NCBI GenBank assembly: GCA_963706955.1
Contig: CAVPOC010000003.1
Span: 384,001-448,000 of the forward strand
DNA: 64,000 bases
Source: an uncultured Verrucomicrobiae bacterium
GTDB lineage: Bacteria; Verrucomicrobiota; Verrucomicrobiia; Chthoniobacterales; Terrimicrobiaceae
Direction: 5' to 3'
In this document: piece by piece, positions 21,052 through 28,780 of the stretch
Numbering within the stretch: the stretch's first letter is position 1
How the letters are laid out: every line of letters starts with the position of its first letter
Notes under the pieces: model-generated
The model's database searches: none
Told to the model about the DNA's origin: nothing
What the model saw: only the letters and a program-made list of their open reading frames with translations
Translations under genes and position numbers: made by a program

Positions 21052-22017
21052 ATGGCTGATCAGCGTCAACCACGTCGAGTGAATCGAAGGTTGCGCAGCA
21101 ATTTGACGCGCGCCAATCTGCTCGATGTCCGCATGCGCACGGTGACCGCGCGTCGCCGGCGCCGAGCCATAATCTTTCGTTGGGTCACCAATGTTTTTCT
21201 GGTTGGAGCGGTCGGCGCCGGCTCGTTTTTCGGCCTACAGGCGGCCCTCGACAAGTTCTTCTTCAAGAATCCGGAATACACCTTGCGGCGAATTTCCTTC
21301 GAGCTCGACGAAATTCTCACCCGGGACGAGGCTCTCGCCGTGACCGGCCTTCGCGAAGGCGTAAATATCTTCTCGGTCGATTTCGCAAGAGTTGAGGCCG
21401 CGCTGCGCGAGATTCCGCAGGTGCAGGATGTTCGCCTCGCGCGCAAGCTTCCGGACCAGATCGACGTCAGCATTACGGCGCGGCGGCCGATCGCGTGGGT
21501 AGCGGCGCCGGGCGAGACGGGAGATCCTTCCGCCTCGGAGAAATCGCTCCTCGTCGACGCGGGCGGCTTCCTGATGCGGCCACGCCACATCATGCCCGAG
21601 TATTTCCATCTCCCCGCCATCTACGGTGCGAAGAGCGACAACGTGCGTGATGGAGAACCGCTCCCAGGCGAGGACTTGCGCCTGGCCGTTCGTTTGATCG
21701 AAACAGTTGCTCGGCATCCGAACTCGCTCTTGCACATTCGGGCGATCGACGTATCGCGAGGCTATTGTCTCGAAGTGGTCAATGACTCGAATGCACGTAT
21801 TTTATTTGGCACAGGCGACTTTGAAGAGCAGCTTGCCCGCTTGCAACAACTCCTCGCCCATTGCAACGAAACCGGACGATCTCTTGAAAAAGTCAATTTG
21901 ATGGTGAAGCGCAACACCCCGGTGAACTTTGTCGCAGTGTCAAATCCATTGCCGGAGGATCCCGTGGCTATTCCGGCTCCATCGGCGCAACCAACCCCGA
22001 AGACGCGGAGAAACTGA
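21052..22017 (+). CDS. ftsQ: Cell division protein FtsQ/DivIB (POTRA)
   Basis: Basic N-terminus, single TM, POTRA-like region (..RKLPDQI.V.I..RRPIAW); position between ddl and ftsA. Confidence 0.85.
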   Translation: MADQRQPRRVNRRLRSNLTRANLLDVRMRTVTARRRRRAIIFRWVTNVFLVGAVGAGSFFGLQAALDKFFFKNPEYTLRRISFELDEILTRDEALAVTGLREGVNIFSVDFARVEAALREIPQVQDVRLARKLPDQIDVSITARRPIAWVAAPGETGDPSASEKSLLVDAGGFLMRPRHIMPEYFHLPAIYGAKSDNVRDGEPLPGEDLRLAVRLIETVARHPNSLLHIRAIDVSRGYCLEVVNDSNARILFGTGDFEEQLARLQQLLAHCNETGRSLEKVNLMVKRNTPVNFVAVSNPLPEDPVAIPAPSAQPTPKTRRN

Positions 22018-23237
22018 TGGCTCGACCCGATATTCTCGTGGGGGTGGAGGTGGGAACGTCAAAGGTCTGCGTCGTCGTCGGCGAGATCGGGCGCGAAGGC
22101 ACACTCCGAATTCTTGGCGTCGGCCTGGCTCCGTCGCGCGGTGTGCGCAAAGGGGAAATTGTTGACCTGGCGATCGCTACCGAATGCGTGCATGATGCCC
22201 TGGCCGATGCCGAAACCAACAGCGACGCCGAGATCGGCAGCGTCTTCGTCGCCACCACCGGCAGCCATATTCGCAGCTTCAACAGCCGTGGCGCTATCCT
22301 CATTGCCTCGGACCGCTACGAGATCGACGATGGAGACGTCCAGGAAGTCGCGGTAAAGGCGCGTGAGGTAAACATTCCGACCGAAAATCACTTCCTTCAC
22401 TCCATCATCCAACATTACTACGTCGATGGACAAGAGGGCGTATTGAACCCGATCGGGATGGTTGGCAGGAAGCTGGAGGCCGACTTTCATATCATTCATG
22501 GCGTGCGGACTCGCATGCAAAACACGCTGCGCTGCATCCGTGAGAGTGGCGTCGAGATCGACGAGATCGTTGTCAATTCTCTCGCCTCTGCCCAAGCCGT
22601 GCTCGATGAACATCAAAAAGAGCTCGGCGCCGTCGTCATCGACGTAGGCGGCGGAGTCACCGACTACATCGTTTACGAAACCGGTGTCGTCCGCCACAGC
22701 GGGGTGCTGGCCGTGGGTGGCGACCACATCAGCAATGACATTTCTTTAGGGCTGCGGATTCCGCTCACCCGGGCGGAAAAGCTCAAGGTCGACGAGGGCT
22801 CGGCAAAACTTGGAACTTCCACTCCGGGAGAGAAAATCACCCTCAAGAATGACGCTGGGTTCGCTGGCAAGGAAGTTGAGCGTGAGATGCTCAATACGAT
22901 CATCCATGCGCGCCTGCGCGAAAACTTCGAGCTCATAAAAAAGCAAATCGAACCGGAGGTCTCCATGCGCATGCTCGGCGGTGGCGTGGTCCTTACCGGG
23001 GGATGTAGCCTGATGCGCGGCATCAAGGAAGTCGCCGAATCCGTTTTCGAGCTGCCGGTGCACCTGGCACGCGACACCGGCGTCTCCGGACCGAAGTCGG
23101 TGCTCAACAATCCGCAATATTCCACCTCGATCGGCCTCATCAAATTCGCGCAAGCGCTCCGCGCCGAAGTAGAAAGGCCCGGTCTGATCGGCTCGGTTCT
23201 GGAAAAAATCGGCGGTATTTTCCGGAAGAGAGGCTGA
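22017..23237 (+). CDS. ftsA: Cell division protein FtsA
   Basis: EVGTSKV, SRGVRKG, IDVGGGVT, VGGDHI.NDI, VVLTGG, C-terminal amphipathic helix. Confidence 0.95.
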   Translation: MARPDILVGVEVGTSKVCVVVGEIGREGTLRILGVGLAPSRGVRKGEIVDLAIATECVHDALADAETNSDAEIGSVFVATTGSHIRSFNSRGAILIASDRYEIDDGDVQEVAVKAREVNIPTENHFLHSIIQHYYVDGQEGVLNPIGMVGRKLEADFHIIHGVRTRMQNTLRCIRESGVEIDEIVVNSLASAQAVLDEHQKELGAVVIDVGGGVTDYIVYETGVVRHSGVLAVGGDHISNDISLGLRIPLTRAEKLKVDEGSAKLGTSTPGEKITLKNDAGFAGKEVEREMLNTIIHARLRENFELIKKQIEPEVSMRMLGGGVVLTGGCSLMRGIKEVAESVFELPVHLARDTGVSGPKSVLNNPQYSTSIGLIKFAQALRAEVERPGLIGSVLEKIGGIFRKRG

Positions 23238-23396
23238 AGGAAAATGTCTGCCTTCCAGATGGAATGATCGAATCGACCACCGTCATGGAAGCGCTCTTGG
23301 CCCATCAAAATTTTGTTTCAACCGCCGTTTGTTTTTCCCTGCGCCGCGCAAGTTTGCTAGCCTGCTTTCCCGTCGACTCGACCAACTTCTAAAGTC

Positions 23397-24719
23397 ATGA
23401 TTTCTTATCCAAGGTCTGATACTGCCTCTGAAGGCATCGAACCCCCGACTGTCCGCATCATCGGGCTTGGAAACGCCGGAACACATTTAGCGGACCGTCT
23501 GCAAATGAACGGCCATGCTGATGTGGTGGTGATGAACACTGACGCGCAGTCGTTGCAATCATCCATCGCCTTCAAGAAGACGCCCGTCGGTCAGATGACG
23601 ACGCGAGGGCTGGGCACCGGCGGTGATCCGGAGATTGGTTATGAGGCGGCCCTTGAATCGCGTGATGCCATTCGTTCGACGGTCGAAGGCACGAACATTG
23701 TTTTCCTTTGTGCCGGGCTTGGCGGAGGCACTGCCTCCGGCGTGATTCCAGTTCTCGCGGAGGCGGCTCGCGAGGCCGGAGCGGTGGTCTTCTCGATTGT
23801 GACTTCGCCCTTCAGCTTTGAGGGTCGCCGCCGCTCCAGGCAGGCTGGCGATGCGATGGCGCTTTTGTCTAAGCAATCAAACGCGCTGATCCATTTCGAG
23901 AATGACCGCATGGCTGAACTTTCCTCGCCTCGCTCGGGCATTGAAGAGACGTTTGCTGCTTCCGACGCGATGCTCTGCGCCTGCGTCACTTCGCTGATCG
24001 CTATCCTGCGGGGCGGAAATCCGATGCCCATTGGACTCGCTGATCTGCTGGTCGCCGTCGGGGGCGGTTCACCCGCAGGCTTATTTGGACGCGGCGAGGC
24101 GACGGGGGATAATCGCGCGCATGAAGCCCTCGAACGCGCTCTAAAGAGCCCCTTGCTCGATCGCGGACGGTTGATCGGAGACTGCCATGCCGTCATTGCG
24201 CACCTCGTTGGTCCGACTTCGCTTTCCTTCTCGGAGGTCGCCGCCGTCATGCGCGAGGTAAGACGGCACACCGCAGATGAGGCTAAGCTTTTCCTGGGCG
24301 TCACCACCGTCAGTGATCCTTCAGCCCAGCTCAGCGTCACTCTCTTTGGCAACTATTCTTCGCCACCGGTGGTCGAGTCCGCGCAACCTCAGGCTGCAGC
24401 TAGCGGCGTCGCCGGGGCCGTGCCAAGCACGGCTGCGATTCCCGCTGGGACTGCCGCGGCCGGAGAAGTTGCCGGTTCGCCGCCCGAGGCTCCCGCAGCG
24501 GCCCCGGTCTCGGCCGACGCGCAGACGCCGGGAGAAGAGTCCGACAGCTCGGACGACCCCTCTAAGGCCAAGGCAGGCTCGAAAACGAAGCCAGCCAAAC
24601 AGGAGACTTTGCAGTTTGAATCTACCACTCGCGGACGCTTCGACAAAAGCGAGCCCACCATCGTCGAAGGCGAAGACCTGGACGTCCCGACTTTTCTGCG
24701 CATGCGCAAGCCTAATTAG
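23397..24719 (+). CDS. ftsZ: Divergent FtsZ
   Basis: NTDAQ.L, GLGTGGDPEIG, GLGGGTASG, PFSFEG..R, C-terminal DLDVPTFLR; follows ftsA. Confidence 0.9.
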   Translation: MISYPRSDTASEGIEPPTVRIIGLGNAGTHLADRLQMNGHADVVVMNTDAQSLQSSIAFKKTPVGQMTTRGLGTGGDPEIGYEAALESRDAIRSTVEGTNIVFLCAGLGGGTASGVIPVLAEAAREAGAVVFSIVTSPFSFEGRRRSRQAGDAMALLSKQSNALIHFENDRMAELSSPRSGIEETFAASDAMLCACVTSLIAILRGGNPMPIGLADLLVAVGGGSPAGLFGRGEATGDNRAHEALERALKSPLLDRGRLIGDCHAVIAHLVGPTSLSFSEVAAVMREVRRHTADEAKLFLGVTTVSDPSAQLSVTLFGNYSSPPVVESAQPQAAASGVAGAVPSTAAIPAGTAAAGEVAGSPPEAPAAAPVSADAQTPGEESDSSDDPSKAKAGSKTKPAKQETLQFESTTRGRFDKSEPTIVEGEDLDVPTFLRMRKPN

Positions 24720-24837
24720 CTGTCCAGGTCGGCCAAGAAACTCGCCTCATTTTTAAGTCTGTGCGCTGGCGAGGTCGAATTGGCTTGCCCTTCGGAATCG
24801 CTCCTCTAAGATCGCCTCACAAAAGAAAGCAACTCGC

Positions 24838-25293
24838 ATGAGCTTCACGGTTACGAAAGTTGATATCTGGAGTGCCAAAATTGAAGATAGACCTGGCGGT
24901 CTCGCGAAGGTTCTCGGCGCGCTGGGAAACACCGGAGCAAGTCTTGAGTGCGTCATCGCACGGCGCGATACAGCGAAGTCCGGCACCGGCGTAGTCTTCC
25001 TCACCCCGGTCAAGGGTTCTCCGGCGCGCAAAGCAGCGCAAGCGGAGGGCGTCGCCCCAGCGAAGAATCTAACCACGCTCAAAGTCGAAGGAGACGACTC
25101 TCCCGGTTTGGGCGGGCGCATCGTCGCCGCAATCGCCGACGCCGGCATCAACTTGCGCGGTGTCTCCGCAGCGGTGGTCGGAAGAAAGTTTGTCGCCTAC
25201 CTTGGCTTCGATGATGCCGCTGATGCGACCAAGGCCGGCCGTGCGTTGCGCACTCTCTCGACGCAAAAGGGCTCCGGAAAGTCCAAGCGCTAA
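24838..25293 (+). CDS. Tandem ACT domain protein
   Basis: IEDRPGGLAKVL and VEGDDSPGLGGRI..IADAGINL ACT-like repeats. Confidence 0.8.
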   Translation: MSFTVTKVDIWSAKIEDRPGGLAKVLGALGNTGASLECVIARRDTAKSGTGVVFLTPVKGSPARKAAQAEGVAPAKNLTTLKVEGDDSPGLGGRIVAAIADAGINLRGVSAAVVGRKFVAYLGFDDAADATKAGRALRTLSTQKGSGKSKR

Positions 25294-25341
25294 GCGCACG
25301 TCATTTGTAAAAACCGTATTCTACAGTAAAGCGATTTCGTT

Positions 25342-25397
25342 GTAGCGACCGTGTCCCCACGGTCGAGGGTCCCCGGCGGTGGGGACACCGCCGCTGA
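25342..25397. repeat. REP-like family A inverted doublet (GTAG-8bp stem-TCCC loop)
   Basis: GTAG CGACCGTG TCCC CACGGTCG followed by an inverted variant; similar units at 56135 and 60580. Confidence 0.85.
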
Positions 25398-25507
25398 TCG
25401 CTCGCTCTCCGAAAGTTAGCTTCATAAGCGGGATTTCGCTCGGAGCTTGAGACAAGCGTCCAGACAATTGTTTCATCGATTGTCGGCTGCGAATTTTCTT
25501 CTGCTAT

Positions 25508-25858
25508 CTAGTGTTTCTTACGCGTGAGCATGAATTCGTTGCCCTCGGTATCTGCGCACATGGCTAGGTGAGGCGGCTCTCCTGCGGCATCAGACATCGG
25601 TTCTCTGAGGAGCTGACCACCCGCTGCGACCACTTCGCGCGCTCCCGCAACGACATCCGCGACTTGAAAGCTTAGCCCGGTCCAGGTCCGCTCTCCCTCT
25701 CCGCCGGCGTGGATTCCAATGGTCGCCCCGGCAATCTCCAGCTCGCTGAGGACGTCGCTCTGACGAAGGACGTTCGCGTTGAATGCAGTCCGATAAAAGC
25801 TGACCGCGCGCGGCGTTTCTGCCGCCCAGAGAATGTACTTTGTCCGCTCTACATCCAT
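25508..25858 (-). CDS. VOC/glyoxalase family protein
   Basis: RAVSFY..AF, LSFQVADV, GGQLL, DTEGNEF. Confidence 0.85.
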   Translation of the reverse strand: MDVERTKYILWAAETPRAVSFYRTAFNANVLRQSDVLSELEIAGATIGIHAGGEGERTWTGLSFQVADVVAGAREVVAAGGQLLREPMSDAAGEPPHLAMCADTEGNEFMLTRKKH

Positions 25859-25908
25859 GCAGTAGCGATACACAATGAGCTGATGCGGTGAAAGGAAAAC
25901 GGTCTGCT

Positions 25909-26769
25909 TCACGCCAAGAGCAGATCGGTGCGATCAGCACGCCCGATTTGATCATGCCAAGCGAGAAGCGGCTCGATTTCCGGATGAATTTGCCCGGATC
26001 CGACGCGCTCCAGCAAGCGAACAACCGAGTAGTCCCGAATCCTCCTGAGGTATTCGCTCTCCCAAACCTCGAACCTTTTCTCGGTTTTGGCATCCAGAAA
26101 CGGCCAGCGTTCACTCGGCACGTGGTGGCCACAACGCCACGGCTTGGGCGTCAAGCGCGCGCGGAATGATTTTTGACTACGACACAGGCGAAGGTAGAGC
26201 GGATCGCTCCCAACGAAGTCGAGAGTTCGCGCCGCCTCGTCGGAGCAAGGGTCGATTTTCCGATGTGCCAGAATTACCCTTAACCCGCCCGCGGTCTCAT
26301 AAATAAAGGCGAGGCCGGCAGGTTCACCGCCGATCACCTCCACTACTTTTCGAAGGACGGAACTCGCGGACAGGTCTTTGCCGCGTCTTGTTTCTGCCGA
26401 TTTCCGGTTCCGAGTGAAGAAGCTCTGCAGAATCCCTGCGCGCGGCTCTTCCGCTTCAGTTGGGGGATGATCGACGTCGGCAATGAACATCCGCGCCGCA
26501 TTGAGGACGACGCACCCATAGCTGTTGCGCGTGATCGCTCCAGTTGGTTCCCCTGAGGTTGAACTCGCCATCACCTGCAAGACCGGCTCCCGCATCGGAC
26601 GATCGGGATAGCCGTAACGCTGGAGTGCCTCCCCTGACTGAAAGCGCTCTGCAAGGACGCGCGCCCGCTCCTGCGCACGTTCACAAGCGTCTTCGCTGCT
26701 TTGATCCGAGAAGCCCCAGCAAATAAATCCATCGTGCGCTCCGCGCTGCCAGAATTTTGGAAAATACAT
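25909..26769 (-). CDS. Hypothetical protein (possible AEP primase-like fold)
   Basis: 286-aa ORF with FIADVD, YETAGGLRV, DPLY, FRARLTPKP. Confidence 0.75.
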   Translation of the reverse strand: MYFPKFWQRGAHDGFICWGFSDQSSEDACERAQERARVLAERFQSGEALQRYGYPDRPMREPVLQVMASSTSGEPTGAITRNSYGCVVLNAARMFIADVDHPPTEAEEPRAGILQSFFTRNRKSAETRRGKDLSASSVLRKVVEVIGGEPAGLAFIYETAGGLRVILAHRKIDPCSDEAARTLDFVGSDPLYLRLCRSQKSFRARLTPKPWRCGHHVPSERWPFLDAKTEKRFEVWESEYLRRIRDYSVVRLLERVGSGQIHPEIEPLLAWHDQIGRADRTDLLLA

Positions 26770-26847
26770 GGGACCTGACTAGCGCATCGACTCGGTTCGT
26801 CCAAGCTGTCGAAATCCGCCGGCTGCCGTCGACGTGAAGCTTGAACG

Positions 26848-27096
26848 ATGATTTCCATCCATACGACCGACCCGGCGAATACACAGACGTTGGTGGCGAT
26901 CGCCGGGACTGGTTTTGGACAGGGGGCCAAGCTCGATCAGCAAAATACTATCTGGCAAGGCGAAAAGGCCTGGGCTCAGCTTTCGCAAAATCCCGGCACC
27001 GGCGAAGGAACGCTCTTCATCGGCGATTGCGAGTTAAGCCGCCAATTGGGCGAATACGAGCAGCGCGCCGCGGCGGAGGCGGCCGCGCAACTCTAA
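26848..27096 (+). CDS. Small hypothetical protein coupled to the RiPP precursor
   Basis: 82-aa ORF; its TAA overlaps the precursor ATG (TAATG). Confidence 0.55.
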   Translation: MISIHTTDPANTQTLVAIAGTGFGQGAKLDQQNTIWQGEKAWAQLSQNPGTGEGTLFIGDCELSRQLGEYEQRAAAEAAAQL

Positions 27097-27470
27097 TGGA
27101 CCAAAGCATGAAGAACACGTCGCTCACAAAGTCACTTCCCGCGTTGCTTGCACTCACCGGCGGAGCGATGCTCGCGACCAGCGAAAAGACCGAAGCCGCG
27201 AACACCACCGGCCAAAGCACATCACACCTCGACGCACTGGAAGTCCGTATCAAGAATGTCCAGGAAAAACTTGCCAACCAGCAGCCTGGCCTCTCCTTTG
27301 ACGAGCGGACCTCCGAGGACGGTCTCACTACATTCTGGTGGGGCAATTGGCGCAACGGCGGATGGGGTCCGGGAATGTGGCACAATTGGGGCAACGGAGG
27401 CTGGCGCAACTGGGGCAATGGCTGGGGCAACGGTGGCTGGCACAATTGGCACAATTGGGGTAACTGGTAA
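27096..27470 (+). CDS. GrrA/OscA-like rSAM-modified RiPP (triceptide) precursor
   Basis: Signal-like N-terminus, helical leader (LEVRIKNVQEKL), Gly/Trp/Asn core with 10 WxN motifs; start 27096 or 27108. Confidence 0.88.
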   Translation: MDQSMKNTSLTKSLPALLALTGGAMLATSEKTEAANTTGQSTSHLDALEVRIKNVQEKLANQQPGLSFDERTSEDGLTTFWWGNWRNGGWGPGMWHNWGNGGWRNWGNGWGNGGWHNWHNWGNW

Positions 27471-27516
27471 GCCCCTCTCGAACCTCCCTGAAGGTTGTCA
27501 GGAGAGCGCGAATCCG

Positions 27517-28680
27517 CTGGAAGCAAACGGCGGATTCTTCAAGTCGTCGGAAATCGAACCGTGGGCGACGCTCCTGGTCCTCCAAGCCTCACCGTTCTGC
27601 AACATCAACTGCGACTATTGTTACCTACCGAATCGGACATCGACGCGCCGCATGAGCATGCCGGTCCTCGCATCGGCGATCGAGAAAACCTACGCGTCCG
27701 ACCTGGTTCGGGGCGAATTGACGATCATCTGGCATGCTGGGGAACCATTGGCAGTGCCTATCGCGTGGTACGAAGAAGCACTCGCAACCATATCGCTGAC
27801 CGCTCCGAGTGGGGCGAACATCGTTCATTCCATTCAGTCCAACGGCACCTTGCTGAACCAAGCATGGTGCGACTTTATCCGGAGCCATGACATTCGTATG
27901 GGCCTCAGTATCGACGGTCCGGATTTTCTTCACGATGTGCACCGCAAGACCAGGCGGGGCGACGGCAGCCACCGCTTGGCCATGCGCGGTCTGCAACTGC
28001 TGAAGGACAACGACATCCCCTTCCACGTCATCGCCGTGATTACCGGCGAGGCCCTTGGTTACGCCCAGGAGATCTACGACTTCTTCGAGGCCGCGGGTGT
28101 CGAGCGTCTGGGCTTCAATATCGAAGAAGTTGAGGCGGAGCACGGCGTTTCCACTCTTGGCTCCGGACACGAAGAAAGTGTGCGCGAGTTCTATCAGACC
28201 ATCTTCGAAAATCAGAAAAGACGCCGAAGCATCACCATTCGTGAATTCGCGGCAGCAGAGCAAAAGATCCGCTCGGGCATCTCTCTGCGGGAATTTGATT
28301 TCCCGTGGTTCAATGAACAGGTGCGTCCATTTGGGATCATCAGTGTCGATTGGCAGGGAAATTTTTCCACGTACTCGCCGGAGCTTCTTGGGATGTCGCT
28401 CGAGCCCTACGGTGAGTTCTCTTTTGGGAACGTCCTCCGCGACCATTTCGCGGATGCGCTGGAAACTCCAAAGTTCCGCCAGGTGCTGGTGGACATTCAG
28501 ACCGGGATCAAACGATGCGCCGAGACTTGCCCATATTACGGATACTGCGGAGCAGGCGCCCCGGCGAATAAGTATTATGAGAATGGCTCGTTTGCGTCCA
28601 CACAGACCCTCTATTGCCGCTATTCGGTGCAAATGCCGCTCGATGTCGTCTTGAATGATATGGAGACGGCTTTGAGCTAA
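27517..28680 (+). CDS. GrrM/OscB-like cyclophane-forming radical SAM/SPASM maturase
   Basis: LLVLQASPFCNINCDYCYLP, IIWHAGEPL, SIDGP, FSTYSPELLG, CAETCPYYGYCGAGAPANKYYENGSF..TLYC. Start uncertain (CTG 27517, or ATG 27418 inside the precursor). Confidence 0.9.
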   Translation: MEANGGFFKSSEIEPWATLLVLQASPFCNINCDYCYLPNRTSTRRMSMPVLASAIEKTYASDLVRGELTIIWHAGEPLAVPIAWYEEALATISLTAPSGANIVHSIQSNGTLLNQAWCDFIRSHDIRMGLSIDGPDFLHDVHRKTRRGDGSHRLAMRGLQLLKDNDIPFHVIAVITGEALGYAQEIYDFFEAAGVERLGFNIEEVEAEHGVSTLGSGHEESVREFYQTIFENQKRRRSITIREFAAAEQKIRSGISLREFDFPWFNEQVRPFGIISVDWQGNFSTYSPELLGMSLEPYGEFSFGNVLRDHFADALETPKFRQVLVDIQTGIKRCAETCPYYGYCGAGAPANKYYENGSFASTQTLYCRYSVQMPLDVVLNDMETALS

Positions 28681-28780
28681 GCCACCTGAGGCAGGTTGCG
28701 GAAAACCGACGAGCAGGCTGCTCTATCAGGCGCTTTTGCCTCGTTGCCCTTCGACAACATGTTAAATTAGGGAGCGTCGT

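Noticed and set aside
26841..27095. 209-aa version of the RiPP precursor starting at TTG 26841
   Set aside because: The extension is an Arg-rich alternate frame of the 82-aa ORF; the signal-like sequence begins at 27096/27108.
27336..27467. Short tandem repeats that might be a CRISPR array or VNTR
   Set aside because: These are in-frame 9-bp units encoding WxN motifs, with no unique spacers and no cas genes.
28681..28780. CIRCE/HrcA operator before clpB, or clpB as part of the RiPP cluster
   Set aside because: No TTAGCACTC-N9-GAGTGCTAA is present; clpB is a housekeeping gene behind a 100-bp spacer.
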